From contig CAAEOW010000144.1 of NCBI GenBank assembly GCA_900757705.1, forward strand, positions 1 through 56,935: a stretch of 56,935 bases of DNA. Reading direction: 5' to 3'. The notes below the pieces were generated by a model. The model was not told the DNA's origin, ran no database searches, and saw only the letters and a program-made list of their open reading frames with translations. The stretch is from an uncultured Collinsella sp. (GTDB lineage: Bacteria > Actinomycetota > Coriobacteriia > Coriobacteriales > Coriobacteriaceae). The translations under genes and the position numbers were made by a program. Within the stretch, counting starts at the first letter, position 1. The number at the start of each line of letters is the position of its first letter. This document shows, piece by piece, positions 38,946 to 48,228 of the stretch.

Positions 38946-39893
38946 CTACGATGTTGCGACACCAGCGAGTTTGACAGTCACATCGTATGTCGCAAGGTCC
39001 TCGGCTGCAGCATTGTTAACGCAGTCAGCATCGGTTCCTTCCATCCAAATATAAATTCGGACCGCTATGCCATCATAGCCAACGCGACTTGCGATCTTAT
39101 GCGTACCCGCGTCAACCTGATAATCGTCTCCGACCTTGTTTGCAAGCCAGCCAGTGCAATTGCCTTTTTCAATATGCTGGTAGGAAGGCATTTGAGGCCC
39201 GTTGGCCGCGTCCTTTACACAAGACCATCCAGCGATGGCATTTTTATCGTTACCCTTATCGGTGGGAGAAACTGCAGCGGGTGCGTATACGACCTTTAGA
39301 GTTTCATCACCAGTCAGGTTTCCATTAGCATCAATCGCCTGCGTGGTAATACCGACTCGCAAAGAATTCGGGATCGTATCGGTCGTTGGTGCCCCATGAG
39401 CGGTAACAACTACAGGCTCTCCGTCAGTTCCTTCAAGATACACGTCAGCTATACCGGACTCCGTAATGGTGTAGACAATAAACTCACTCTTGAGATAGGC
39501 GTAGTGGGTCTCGCCACCAGCCTCGTATTCGCCAGATTTGCCGTCCTGCTTAAACTTAATCTGCGAATAAGAGGTCACTCTACCGTCTGGTCCCCAGCCT
39601 TGGCAAACAAACCAGTTCTTAAGATCGTCCGTAGAAGACGGCGTTATCTTTCCGCCCTGTATTGCAGCCGCGAGCGACGTCTGTTCGCCACCGTGCTGGA
39701 CACCCTTCCTGAGCTCATCGATCTGAAGGATGAAACCATTAGTCGTTGCGCTAATGGTTGAAGATGTAGCCTTCACCGTATTATTTGCGACATACCAAGC
39801 ATAGGTAGCAGACGAGAGAGCAACAGCAGACATAAGCACCGCACAGGCAGCACCCATGAGCTGTTTTTTAAGCTGTTTTACGCTCTGGCTCAT
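38946..39893 (-). CDS. Secreted protein with SipW-type signal peptide
   Basis: LKKQL..ATYAWY; ITPSST; SLRVG; IWMEGTDADC. Confidence 0.72.
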   Translation of the reverse strand: MSQSVKQLKKQLMGAACAVLMSAVALSSATYAWYVANNTVKATSSTISATTNGFILQIDELRKGVQHGGEQTSLAAAIQGGKITPSSTDDLKNWFVCQGWGPDGRVTSYSQIKFKQDGKSGEYEAGGETHYAYLKSEFIVYTITESGIADVYLEGTDGEPVVVTAHGAPTTDTIPNSLRVGITTQAIDANGNLTGDETLKVVYAPAAVSPTDKGNDKNAIAGWSCVKDAANGPQMPSYQHIEKGNCTGWLANKVGDDYQVDAGTHKIASRVGYDGIAVRIYIWMEGTDADCVNNAAAEDLATYDVTVKLAGVATS

Positions 39894-39911
39894 TCGATAG
39901 ACCTATCTAGT

Positions 39912-39949
39912 AAAAAATGCCGGAGGCCGACGGTTCGGCCCCTGGCATT
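39912..39949 (-). terminator. Intergenic terminator/attenuator between the two subunit genes
   Basis: Minus strand AATGCCAGGGGCCGA..TCGGCCTCCGGCATTTTTT. Confidence 0.6.
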
Positions 39950-39982
39950 CTGAAATCTCAAAGACGACGAAGTCGGCGATAG

Positions 39983-40786
39983 CTAGTTAGAAGTACCCTT
40001 GTACTCCTTGGGCGAAGCCTCAAAGGTGATTGTCACGCCATTGTCGCCAGCAGTGGTATTGATTTTCTCAAGGTTATTGGAATAGACGTTAGCGTCGCCG
40101 CCATCGTAGTACAGGTAGACATCAATCTTAGCATCTGCGTTGGACTTGATCACCGCGTCGTCACTAGCAAGCAAATTACCGGCAGTGAGCGGTTTAGCAT
40201 CACTTGAGGAGCTGAGCAGAATACCCTTACCACTCCAGACTTCCCACTTTTCGCCGCAAACAACAAGAACACGAAGGGCATTGCCGAGGTTCTTGTTCTG
40301 CTCCGTAGTAGCGTTGGCCACGGTCACGCCCGTGATATGCAAGTTCGTGAACTCACCATCGTAGCCACCGGTACCTACGTGGAAAGTATTTTTGACAGCA
40401 TAATTTGCAGCAACGGCTTTTTCCGCAGTGCCGTCATCAATCTTAAACTTGCTATTTTCCTTCATATCCGCGGCGTTAGCCTTATCCGCGTAAGCAGACA
40501 TCCAAACAGCGTTGCCATCAGTTTTGTCAATCGTAGCAGGATAGAGCTTTGTTGCTGCTGTCCCCTCCACCGAATAACTGGTTGAACTAGTTGAGTCCTT
40601 CGACGTCGTCTGCTTATCAATCACGAGGTATGCAGAGTTGGACTGAGCCGCAATATTAGACGTCGTACCCTTAACCGTATTATTGCTGACAAACCATGCG
40701 AACGTGGCGGAGCCGAGGGCTACGGCTGCCACGAGGACCATGGCGATGGCGGCGCCCATCTGCTTCTTTAATGCCTTGGTATCCAT
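39983..40786 (-). CDS. Secreted protein with SipW-type signal peptide (possible major subunit)
   Basis: Start MDTKALKKQ after AAAGGGG; ATFAWFV; LYPAT; ALRV; YLYYDGGDAN. Confidence 0.72.
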   Translation of the reverse strand: MDTKALKKQMGAAIAMVLVAAVALGSATFAWFVSNNTVKGTTSNIAAQSNSAYLVIDKQTTSKDSTSSTSYSVEGTAATKLYPATIDKTDGNAVWMSAYADKANAADMKENSKFKIDDGTAEKAVAANYAVKNTFHVGTGGYDGEFTNLHITGVTVANATTEQNKNLGNALRVLVVCGEKWEVWSGKGILLSSSSDAKPLTAGNLLASDDAVIKSNADAKIDVYLYYDGGDANVYSNNLEKINTTAGDNGVTITFEASPKEYKGTSN

Positions 40787-41183
40787 ACGGACCCCTTTCT
40801 TTCCCCATTCGTCCCAGATGACCCTCGAGAAGCCCGGAAGGGGAGCCCGCGCTTTCGTGTTGGATGTTGCTTGCCCATCCTTTAGACATGAAATTGAGAA
40901 TACCATAATTCTTACGATTTCCTTATGAGTTTTCGGCAGCCTACATTCCGGCAGATTCATAGGTCTACCTCGGGCTATATGTGGTGCTGTGTGAACATCG
41001 TTTACCTTATTTGATCTCTCTCCCGTACAGTCATAAGTCCCTCTTAAGCCTTGCGGCCGCAGTGCCACGCCATCGCATACATTCACCCTCCGCCGAGCTT
41101 CGCCCTAGCCCTTTCCCACTCGCTATACTGGTGTGGCACGTGTCATTTTTGCCTGCTAAACGGGCTATTTGTTGGGAGGGCCC

Positions 41184-41696
41184 ATGCCTGCCGCCAATCA
41201 ACCCAAGGGAAGCGTTTCCACCGGATCGATTAAGCCGGTGACGCGCAAGGCCGTTCGTTGTCAGCGCGAAGTCGCCTGGCTGGTCACGCAAGCGGCCGGT
41301 AAGCTCGTCGCCACCACCGACGACGTCAATGCGCCCACGCCCAGCTTTGTGCTGGCGACGGCATTGTCGTACACCCGCAAGCAAGAGCAGGCCGCACGGG
41401 ACCGTGGCGCCGCGATTGACTACGAGGCCGTCATGGGCCCCGACCTTGCAAGCTTTTGTGCGGCTGCGGGGCTGCCCGCAGCACCCAACGCGCTTTCGGA
41501 CGCGGGCTACATGTTCACGCTCTCGGGCGCGGACCTCATCCGCGACCTCTACGCCTACTGTAGTGACCTGGACGAGCGCATGGGTGACACGGCCCAGGTC
41601 AAGCCAGGCTACGCGATCAAGTTCGCGCTGCGGTTGTTCTTGCTGGACGGCGCCGCCGGCAACGGCGCTACCTCCGCAGACAACGCCTCCGCATAA
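41184..41696 (+). CDS. Hypothetical protein
   Basis: GGAGG RBS, host-like codon usage, followed by terminator. Confidence 0.6.
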   Translation: MPAANQPKGSVSTGSIKPVTRKAVRCQREVAWLVTQAAGKLVATTDDVNAPTPSFVLATALSYTRKQEQAARDRGAAIDYEAVMGPDLASFCAAAGLPAAPNALSDAGYMFTLSGADLIRDLYAYCSDLDERMGDTAQVKPGYAIKFALRLFLLDGAAGNGATSADNASA

Positions 41697-41697
41697 C

Positions 41698-41740
41698 AAA
41701 AGCGCCGGGCCGGAAAATCGATTCCGGCCCGGCGCTTGTT
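41698..41740. terminator. Bidirectional terminator
   Basis: AAGCGCCGGGCCGGAA..TTCCGGCCCGGCGCTT. Confidence 0.8.
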
Positions 41741-41744
41741 TGTT

Positions 41745-42950
41745 CTACTTGTCCCCGTCCCCTGCGGGCGAGTTCTTTTGGTTGCGACGGTTACTCCAGG
41801 TCACGTTGTGCTCCTTGTAGTAATCGGGCGCCTCGTTGCCGCTCGCGCTAATGGGGTCGTTACCGGTCAGGGTGTCGGCAATATCCTGCACGAACTTAAC
41901 GAACAGGCTCGAATCGTCGGTCTCGGACGAATCAAAATCAAAACCGAACTCCACCGAGCCGCCGATGATCTTGTCCACGCACTCCGGATCGTCGCCGTCC
42001 AGCCAAATGACCACGGTGTATTTGTCCACATCGCCCACGCGGAAGTTCGCGTGGCTGATGGTCGTCACCACGTCTTTGGACGCAAACGGCTCGGTATTGG
42101 GCTCGGGGTTGCCATCGGCCGCAGTCGCCGCATAGGTCGTAGGCTCGCCATTGCGATACACGCGCACGCACGCCGCCTTCTCCACGCCTTTGCTGGCGCT
42201 GACCACCTTGAGTTTGGCGCTGTAGCCCAGATCGGTCTTGCCGGCGTTGCGGATATAGAAGGTGTACGCCACGTAGTTTTTGCCGTTGTGGCTGCCGTCG
42301 ATGTCGTCCAGGTTATCGGGCAGGTCCTCGGCAGCGATATTGGTGCCGTTGTCCACGGCGTCGGCCGCCAGGCGCGCGGTGGCGTTGTTAAAGTCGCCGT
42401 TGTCGGCAATGGCCACGCCGCGGCGGAACAGCTCCAGGCGGTTGAGGTTGATGGTGAAGTTGCCCATGTTTTCCTGCATAAACGACAGGGCGAACAGCAC
42501 GCCAAAGGCAAGCGCCAGCACCACGAGGGCCTTTTGCAACTTGTCCATGCGCAGCAGCGCCGTGCCGATGCGCTCCATGCGACGCTTGGGCATGTACATG
42601 GACACGACCGCGTCGGGGTCGATGTCGTCGAGGTCCTGATCGGCCAGCGCCTGCTCCAGCTCCTCGATGCGCACCACGCCGCGGAGGTTGCTCTTGGGCT
42701 TGCGCTTGCGTTTGGGTTTGGGCTTGCCGAAGCGCTTGCGGGAGGCGGGGGCCTGGTCGGGCGCGGAGTCCTCGCCGGGCACGCCCTCGGCATTGGCGCC
42801 GGGCGCGTCTGCCGGCGTGTCCACGGTCTGGCGCTCGGCCAGGTCCTCTGCCAAATTATCGGCCACGCCCTCAGCTTGGTCCTGCGCCAAATCCTCGGCC
42901 AAATCCTCGGCAGCTTGATCTTTGTTGTCGTTACGCTTGAACAGAGCCAT
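41745..42950 (-). CDS. Membrane-anchored paralog of the secreted subunits
   Basis: Acidic AEDL repeats, Lys-rich patch, single TM, C-terminal VIWLDGDDPEC; no AW[FY] cleavage motif. Confidence 0.65.
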   Translation of the reverse strand: MALFKRNDNKDQAAEDLAEDLAQDQAEGVADNLAEDLAERQTVDTPADAPGANAEGVPGEDSAPDQAPASRKRFGKPKPKRKRKPKSNLRGVVRIEELEQALADQDLDDIDPDAVVSMYMPKRRMERIGTALLRMDKLQKALVVLALAFGVLFALSFMQENMGNFTINLNRLELFRRGVAIADNGDFNNATARLAADAVDNGTNIAAEDLPDNLDDIDGSHNGKNYVAYTFYIRNAGKTDLGYSAKLKVVSASKGVEKAACVRVYRNGEPTTYAATAADGNPEPNTEPFASKDVVTTISHANFRVGDVDKYTVVIWLDGDDPECVDKIIGGSVEFGFDFDSSETDDSSLFVKFVQDIADTLTGNDPISASGNEAPDYYKEHNVTWSNRRNQKNSPAGDGDK

Positions 42951-42955
42951 GGCGA

Positions 42956-43621
42956 TCAGATCTTATATTTGGTGCGAATGTAGCCGACGTATTCTTTGAC
43001 GAGCTCGCGCTCCATGTCGTCGGCGTAGCGGAACTGCAGGCCGCAGACGTTGCGGTACAGGCTGCCCTTGGGCGCGCGGCGCACCCAGCACACGATGCCC
43101 AGCTGCTCGGGCAGCTCGTGACGCTCGCCCTGCAGGCGGATCGTGGGCATTTGCACGGACAGGGCCTCGCCCACGTCGGGATAATCGTTGAGGTAGACGG
43201 CCAGGCCGCCGGCCGAGACGTCGATGGTCATGGCGTCCTCGGGCTCGGGGGTCGGCTCGTTGTCGCGCTGGTAGGTCAGGCGCATGGCGACTTTAAAACG
43301 CTCGTCGCGGCGCTTGACGAAGGTGCGCTGCTCGGCGACTTTGCGCATTTTCCAGTAGGTGCGGATGCCCTTTTTCTCGACCGACTCGGGGTAGCCGGCG
43401 AGCACGAACGTCTCCTCGCCCACTTTGTATTGCAGCAGCAGCTTTTGGTTTTCGTCCATGATGAGCGGCTTGCCGGCGAGCATGGGCGCGCTCATAAGAA
43501 AGTACGCGTCGTCCAGGTTCTCTTTGTACGTGGCGAGCATGTTGAAGTCGGTTTTTTGGCCCATGGGCACGTCGAATGCCACCTGAAGCTTAGTCCCCGG
43601 CGTTATCTGTTGCTCTGCCAT
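42956..43621 (-). CDS. PilZ-domain (YcgR-like) c-di-GMP-binding protein
   Basis: RRDER (RxxxR) and DVSAGG (DxSxxG) motifs, GLQF; start MAEQQ after GGGGAG. Confidence 0.85.
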   Translation of the reverse strand: MAEQQITPGTKLQVAFDVPMGQKTDFNMLATYKENLDDAYFLMSAPMLAGKPLIMDENQKLLLQYKVGEETFVLAGYPESVEKKGIRTYWKMRKVAEQRTFVKRRDERFKVAMRLTYQRDNEPTPEPEDAMTIDVSAGGLAVYLNDYPDVGEALSVQMPTIRLQGERHELPEQLGIVCWVRRAPKGSLYRNVCGLQFRYADDMERELVKEYVGYIRTKYKI

Positions 43622-43817
43622 GTTGTCTCCCCCAGTCGCGGGCGCCGATACCATCGTCGTGCGCGATGCACATTGGGCTATTGTAACTGCTTTGCCGTGG
43701 GTTTCCATATGCAGCGCGCGAAATGGTGGGATGAAGGGTGCGGGCGCCAGTGCAGCTGCTTTGCGCGCGTCATCAATCTGACAGCGATGCATGTTCCCGA
43801 CAGACCGTCTGTCTGTC

Positions 43818-44063
43818 TATCTCTCAGCTATCTCTCGTAATTATCTCTCGTCTCTCATTTATCTCTCAGCTTAGAGATGAGTGAGAGATGAGAGACAAAA
43901 TTACCGTTATCGGTTCAAGCAAATCACGTTCGCGCAGGTAAACTCATGTATACGGGAACTTTGACTCGATCCCCTAGCCACCTTGCAGCATTGTTATCTC
44001 TCATATTTATCTCTCGTCTTTCTGTTATCTCTCGTATTAGTGACGAATGAGAGATGAGAGATG
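43818..44063. repeat. Array of TATCTCTC / GAGAGATG boxes
   Basis: Seven exact TATCTCTC copies plus inverted GAGAGATG copies in two blocks. Confidence 0.85.
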
Positions 44064-44115
44064 CGTGAGTGATGGACGAGTGTGATTTTTTGGACGGTCG
44101 GAAAATCCCTCAAAT

Positions 44116-44151
44116 AAAAAACGGGGCCGGCCTTACGCCGAGCCCCGTTTT
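44116..44151 (-). terminator. Terminator of PTS operon
   Basis: AAAAACGGGG..CCCCGTTTT hairpin. Confidence 0.75.
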
Positions 44152-44196
44152 CAAACGGTCAGTTAGTTATCCAACGCGCGAGCATAGCAGTCAACA

Positions 44197-45045
44197 TTAC
44201 GCCGCCGCGAACACTCCCAAGCCCGTTCCGATGATGCAGATTGCGAAGATGCCCAAGATGATCCAAATGGTCTTGACGCCCTTTTTATAGAGGGCAACGC
44301 AAGCGAACGTTGCCAGCAAGGGCAGCAGACCGGGGAAGATCGAATCGAACAGATCCTGCAGGACAATCTCCGAACCACCCACGTCAAAGGTCAAAGCCGT
44401 GGACAGCGAGACCTGTGCCGCAATCATGGCGCCGATAACGGTCATTCCGAGAACACCGGCAGCATGCGTCATGCGAGACATAAGGTTGCTCTCTTCGGAC
44501 TGCTGCAAAAACTTGGTTCCCAAGTCGTAACCCAGATGGGCGGCGACGATACGCGTTGCAAAGTTAATCACGGAGTAGATGAGCGCGTACACGATGGGGC
44601 CGAGCGGGTTGCCCGTCGAAGCGATGCCAATACCAATGCCGGCGGCAACCACGCGGAACGTACCCCAGTAGAACGAATCACCGATGCCGGAAAGCGGTCC
44701 CATAAGGCCGACCTTCATGGCGTTAATCGAGGACGTGTCGAAGTTCTTATCGGCAGCCGCCTGCTCTTCCATCGAAACCGTTAGGCCGGCTACAAACGGA
44801 AGCACATGAGGCGTGATGTTAAAGAACTCGGTATGGCGATCGAGCGCCGCATAGTAATCGTCGTCGTTGGGATAGATCTTTCGCAGGGGCTTCTGAATGG
44901 TGTACATGAAGCCCATTGCCATCATCTTGTCGTACGACTGCGAGCACTGGCTCGTAAACTGGCGAAGGAACATGCTCCGATACATATCGGGAGTCATAAT
45001 CGCGTCCTTCTTGGCCTCTTTGAGGTCGGTGTTCTGGATAGCCAT
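44197..45045 (-). CDS. PTS mannose/fructose/sorbose family EIID
   Basis: FFNITP, MGPLSGIGDS, GY..G. Confidence 0.92.
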   Translation of the reverse strand: MAIQNTDLKEAKKDAIMTPDMYRSMFLRQFTSQCSQSYDKMMAMGFMYTIQKPLRKIYPNDDDYYAALDRHTEFFNITPHVLPFVAGLTVSMEEQAAADKNFDTSSINAMKVGLMGPLSGIGDSFYWGTFRVVAAGIGIGIASTGNPLGPIVYALIYSVINFATRIVAAHLGYDLGTKFLQQSEESNLMSRMTHAAGVLGMTVIGAMIAAQVSLSTALTFDVGGSEIVLQDLFDSIFPGLLPLLATFACVALYKKGVKTIWIILGIFAICIIGTGLGVFAAA

Positions 45046-45827
45046 TAGAAGTCCTCCTCTTCATCTGCAGCAACCGTCTGCGGACCGGACGAGCCCTCGC
45101 GGAAGGCCAGGAGCAGCGCGACGCAAATGGCAGCTGCGGCGACGCCGACCACGTCCATCTTGAGGTAGATGACCATAATGAAGCCCAGGAACAGCCAGGG
45201 AAGGAGCTTGTTATCGCCCATGGTCCTGATAAGAAGAGCGAAGCCGATGCAGACCATGACGCCGGACGCAACGTTGAGGCCGTCCATCACAAACTGCGGA
45301 ATCGCGCTGAGCGCATTGTTGATAAGGTCGGCACCAAAGAACAGCGAGCCAAACACCAGCAGTGCAGACGGAATGCCAATCGACAGCGGCACGATGGTCA
45401 GATGGTACAGATTCGCCTTGGCAAGATCGCGATTTGCCAGAGCGGTCTCAATCTTCTTGCAGGCAAAGGCACCCGGAACGGCGTAGCAGAAGTTGCGCCA
45501 CACCTGAAGGAAGACGGAGACGGGAAGGGCGAGCGCGACGGCAGTTGCCGTGCCCGTACCCGTAATGACGGCAAACGCGCAGCCAAGCACGCCGGAGGCA
45601 TAGACCTCGGGAGGAACCGCCGCGCCGACCATGATGGCGCCCATGAACATGGACTCCAGAGCAGCGCCGACGATAACGCCCTGCTGGACATCGCCAAGGA
45701 TCAAGCCGACAAACAGGCTCGTAAACAGCGGACGACCAAGCATCGTAATGCCAAATAATTGCTCGTCCATGGACGCAATAAATGCGACCAGTGCAACTAG
45801 AAGATACTGGACAACCATTTCGATCAA
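45045..45827 (-). CDS. PTS mannose/fructose/sorbose family EIIC
   Basis: RPL..GLILGD..G..LE, GAAVPP, GFALL. Confidence 0.92.
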   Translation of the reverse strand: MIEMVVQYLLVALVAFIASMDEQLFGITMLGRPLFTSLFVGLILGDVQQGVIVGAALESMFMGAIMVGAAVPPEVYASGVLGCAFAVITGTGTATAVALALPVSVFLQVWRNFCYAVPGAFACKKIETALANRDLAKANLYHLTIVPLSIGIPSALLVFGSLFFGADLINNALSAIPQFVMDGLNVASGVMVCIGFALLIRTMGDNKLLPWLFLGFIMVIYLKMDVVGVAAAAICVALLLAFREGSSGPQTVAADEEEDF

Positions 45828-45899
45828 CCCCAGAAACAGGTCTGCAGGCGAGGCATTCTGCGCAGCTCGCCTGCAGACAACCGCAGCAATTTGAGAGGA

Positions 45900-46934
45900 T
45901 TAGTAGTTCATCTGGTGATAGTAACGACGCGTGGTGAGCGGGTGGTTACGGACGTGCTCGAGATGGCAGCTCAGACGCTCGGTGATGGTGTAGGTGACCA
46001 TCGGGGAGACGATCTTGCGGAACTCGGGGTCGCTGAACGGCAGCTCGACCTCGGCGGTGTCAAACTTGTTCACGCGGACGTTGACGCCCTTCTCGTCGGC
46101 GAGCATGTGAGTGAAGTTGTCCACGCGGTCCATGAGCTTACGGGTGTCGTCCTCGCCGTAGAGCATGATGAGGCTCGTGCCTTCCTCGCACAGCTCGATG
46201 GTGCCGTGGAAGAACTCGGCGGCGTGGATGGACTTGGTCTTGATCCACTGCATCTCCTCGAGGATGCACATGGCGTAGTCGTAGGCCTCACCCCAGAGCA
46301 TGCCGGAGCCAATCACCATGTGGTAATCGGTGTCCTTGAAGTCCTCGGCCATGGCGGCGCAGCGCTCGTCCTGAGCGTCCTTGGCCTTGATGAGGTACGG
46401 AGCGATGTTGCCGAACTCTTCCATGAAGGTGTCGTACTTGGGGAAGGCGCCGGCGTTCTTGAGGAAGCGGGCGACCAGCGTGATCTGGTAGGTGTAGATG
46501 GCCTCGCACAGAACGTCGTCCTCGGCGAAGCTGAAGAACTTGTAATCGGCGTACTCGGTGGCCGGGGTGTTGTCGTTGGAGACATACATCAGCGTGCGGG
46601 CGCCCTGCTCCTGGCAGAACTTGGCAGCCTCAATGATCTCGGGGGTGGTGCCGGTACGGGTGGAGAAGACGCAGACAGAATCCTTGTTGAAGGTCTTGGG
46701 CGGGCAGGCGAGGAACTCTGCGGCGATCTCGCAGTGGACATCGACGTCGGCCGTGGTGGTCTCGACCCAATACTTCATCGGGAGCGTGTGGGCCCAGGTG
46801 CCGCCGCAGCCGATGAAGAAGATGTTGGAATAACCCTGCTCGCAGACCTCGTCCACGGCAGCCTCAATCTGAGGACGGAGAGCGAGGGCATCGCTCACAA
46901 CCTTCTCGTAACGAGGCTCATCGAAATTGAACAT
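45900..46934 (-). CDS. SIS-domain sugar-amine-6-phosphate deglycase (FrlB/GfrF-like)
   Basis: GCGGT, STRTGTTPE, CILEEMQW, EFFHG, HPLTTRRYY. Confidence 0.88.
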   Translation of the reverse strand: MFNFDEPRYEKVVSDALALRPQIEAAVDEVCEQGYSNIFFIGCGGTWAHTLPMKYWVETTTADVDVHCEIAAEFLACPPKTFNKDSVCVFSTRTGTTPEIIEAAKFCQEQGARTLMYVSNDNTPATEYADYKFFSFAEDDVLCEAIYTYQITLVARFLKNAGAFPKYDTFMEEFGNIAPYLIKAKDAQDERCAAMAEDFKDTDYHMVIGSGMLWGEAYDYAMCILEEMQWIKTKSIHAAEFFHGTIELCEEGTSLIMLYGEDDTRKLMDRVDNFTHMLADEKGVNVRVNKFDTAEVELPFSDPEFRKIVSPMVTYTITERLSCHLEHVRNHPLTTRRYYHQMNY

Positions 46935-47046
46935 CCCTTACTCCTAACTCACTTGGATGAACCCTTCATTCATCCCATGACGTTATAATACTTTATATAA
47001 CTAACTATGCAAGAACTATTTCAGACTTTTTTGATTTTTCTTTAAT

Positions 47047-47077
47047 AAAAAGCCCGCCGATCAAATAATCGACGGGC
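47047..47077 (-). terminator. Terminator after EIIB
   Basis: Minus strand GCCCGTCGAT..ATCGGCGGGCTTTTT. Confidence 0.65.
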
Positions 47078-47128
47078 ATAGGCATAGAGCATTGGTTCAA
47101 TAAATGCCGAGCATCAACGTGTTTCCGG

Positions 47129-47602
47129 CTAGAAAACGTCCTTGGCAAACACCTTAGCGTCATTGGGAACCTGACGGATTTCGATGGCCACGCCATCGCC
47201 CAGGAGCTCTTGGATATGCTCGGCATCTTTCTCGGTCGCAAAGATCGCAGGGGTCGGATGAAGCGTGGTCTCAGGGGTCTTTCGGGTTCCGCCCAGATTG
47301 ATCTCTTTGATGTCTTTGCAACCCTTAGCGAGACGATAGACATCTTCAATCGTCTCAGTGATGATAAACAGCGAATACTTGTCGGTAACGCCGCTGTTGA
47401 GCGCCTCGATAGCAGCGTCAACATCCTTGATGACGAGTTTAACGCCGTTGGGGCGGGCGAGCCTCAAGGCCGCCTTCCTCATGTCGTCTTTTGCCAAAGC
47501 ATCGCTGGCAAGCAAGATGCAATCTACATCCAAAGCGTGAGTCCAGGACATGGCAACTTGGCCGTGAATCAGTCGGTAATCAACTCTCGTAAGCTTAATC
47601 AT
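47129..47602 (-). CDS. PTS mannose family EIIB
   Basis: RVDYRLIHGQV, INLGG. Confidence 0.92.
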   Translation of the reverse strand: MIKLTRVDYRLIHGQVAMSWTHALDVDCILLASDALAKDDMRKAALRLARPNGVKLVIKDVDAAIEALNSGVTDKYSLFIITETIEDVYRLAKGCKDIKEINLGGTRKTPETTLHPTPAIFATEKDAEHIQELLGDGVAIEIRQVPNDAKVFAKDVF

Positions 47603-47673
47603 CGTTATCATCTCCGCACGTGATAAAGGGAATGACAGGTGTGGCCCCTAGCTAGGGCTCGAACCAGAACTAA

Positions 47674-48093
47674 CTAGAACTCTTCTTCCTCGGCGCCGGC
47701 AAGCATGTCCGCCGCCTCGCAAAGCTGAATAAACGAACGCGATCCCTCGACCGCGGCTTTGGCCTTGTCCGCATCCAGGGAGTCCAGCTGTGTAACCATT
47801 TCCACCAGCAGCGGCAAGTTCATTCCAGCGATTAACGTAAACGATCCGTCGGTCTGCCTCTGAATGAATTCGTTGTTTACAGAGCCGCCAAAGATGTCAG
47901 TCACGACAAACCAAGAGTCGGCAGGGTCCCTCGTCTCCATCCATGCATCAATCAACGCCGCGACGTCCCTTGAATCGTCATCGACATAGGCGCACAGGCA
48001 CTCGATTCGGTCGTTGGTGCCCATCAGAATCTCCAGAGAGCTTTTCATGCCTTGGGCGAGATAACCATGACTCGCTAGCAATATCTTATTCAT
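47674..48093 (-). CDS. PTS mannose family EIIA
   Basis: ASHG, TDIFGGS, GMNLPL. Confidence 0.92.
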   Translation of the reverse strand: MNKILLASHGYLAQGMKSSLEILMGTNDRIECLCAYVDDDSRDVAALIDAWMETRDPADSWFVVTDIFGGSVNNEFIQRQTDGSFTLIAGMNLPLLVEMVTQLDSLDADKAKAAVEGSRSFIQLCEAADMLAGAEEEEF

Positions 48094-48123
48094 AGTTCTC
48101 CAATACCAATAGGACGTACTATA

Positions 48124-48135
48124 TTGTCATAACAA
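48124..48135. promoter_or_regulatory. Putative GntR/HutC-type operator
   Basis: Near-palindrome TTGTCATAACAA upstream of EIIA; related GTTATAA box at ~46980-46991. Confidence 0.45.
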
Positions 48136-48228
48136 AGTATATTAGCAATCTACCCTACGTGGTGTGTCTATTTTCCAAATCCGCGAACGGTAACAATTGG
48201 TCGGTAAATCGACCAATCTATCGCTAAT

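Noticed and set aside
40790..41180. Possible c-di-GMP riboswitch upstream of the subunit pair
   Set aside because: Only fragments (GGCUGCCGA, GCAAGGC) resemble the consensus; no coherent GCAAA/GAAA/GACGCAAA architecture. Would need an Infernal search
43818..44063. CRISPR array
   Set aside because: Repeats are only 8 bp, irregularly spaced and in both orientations; no cas genes
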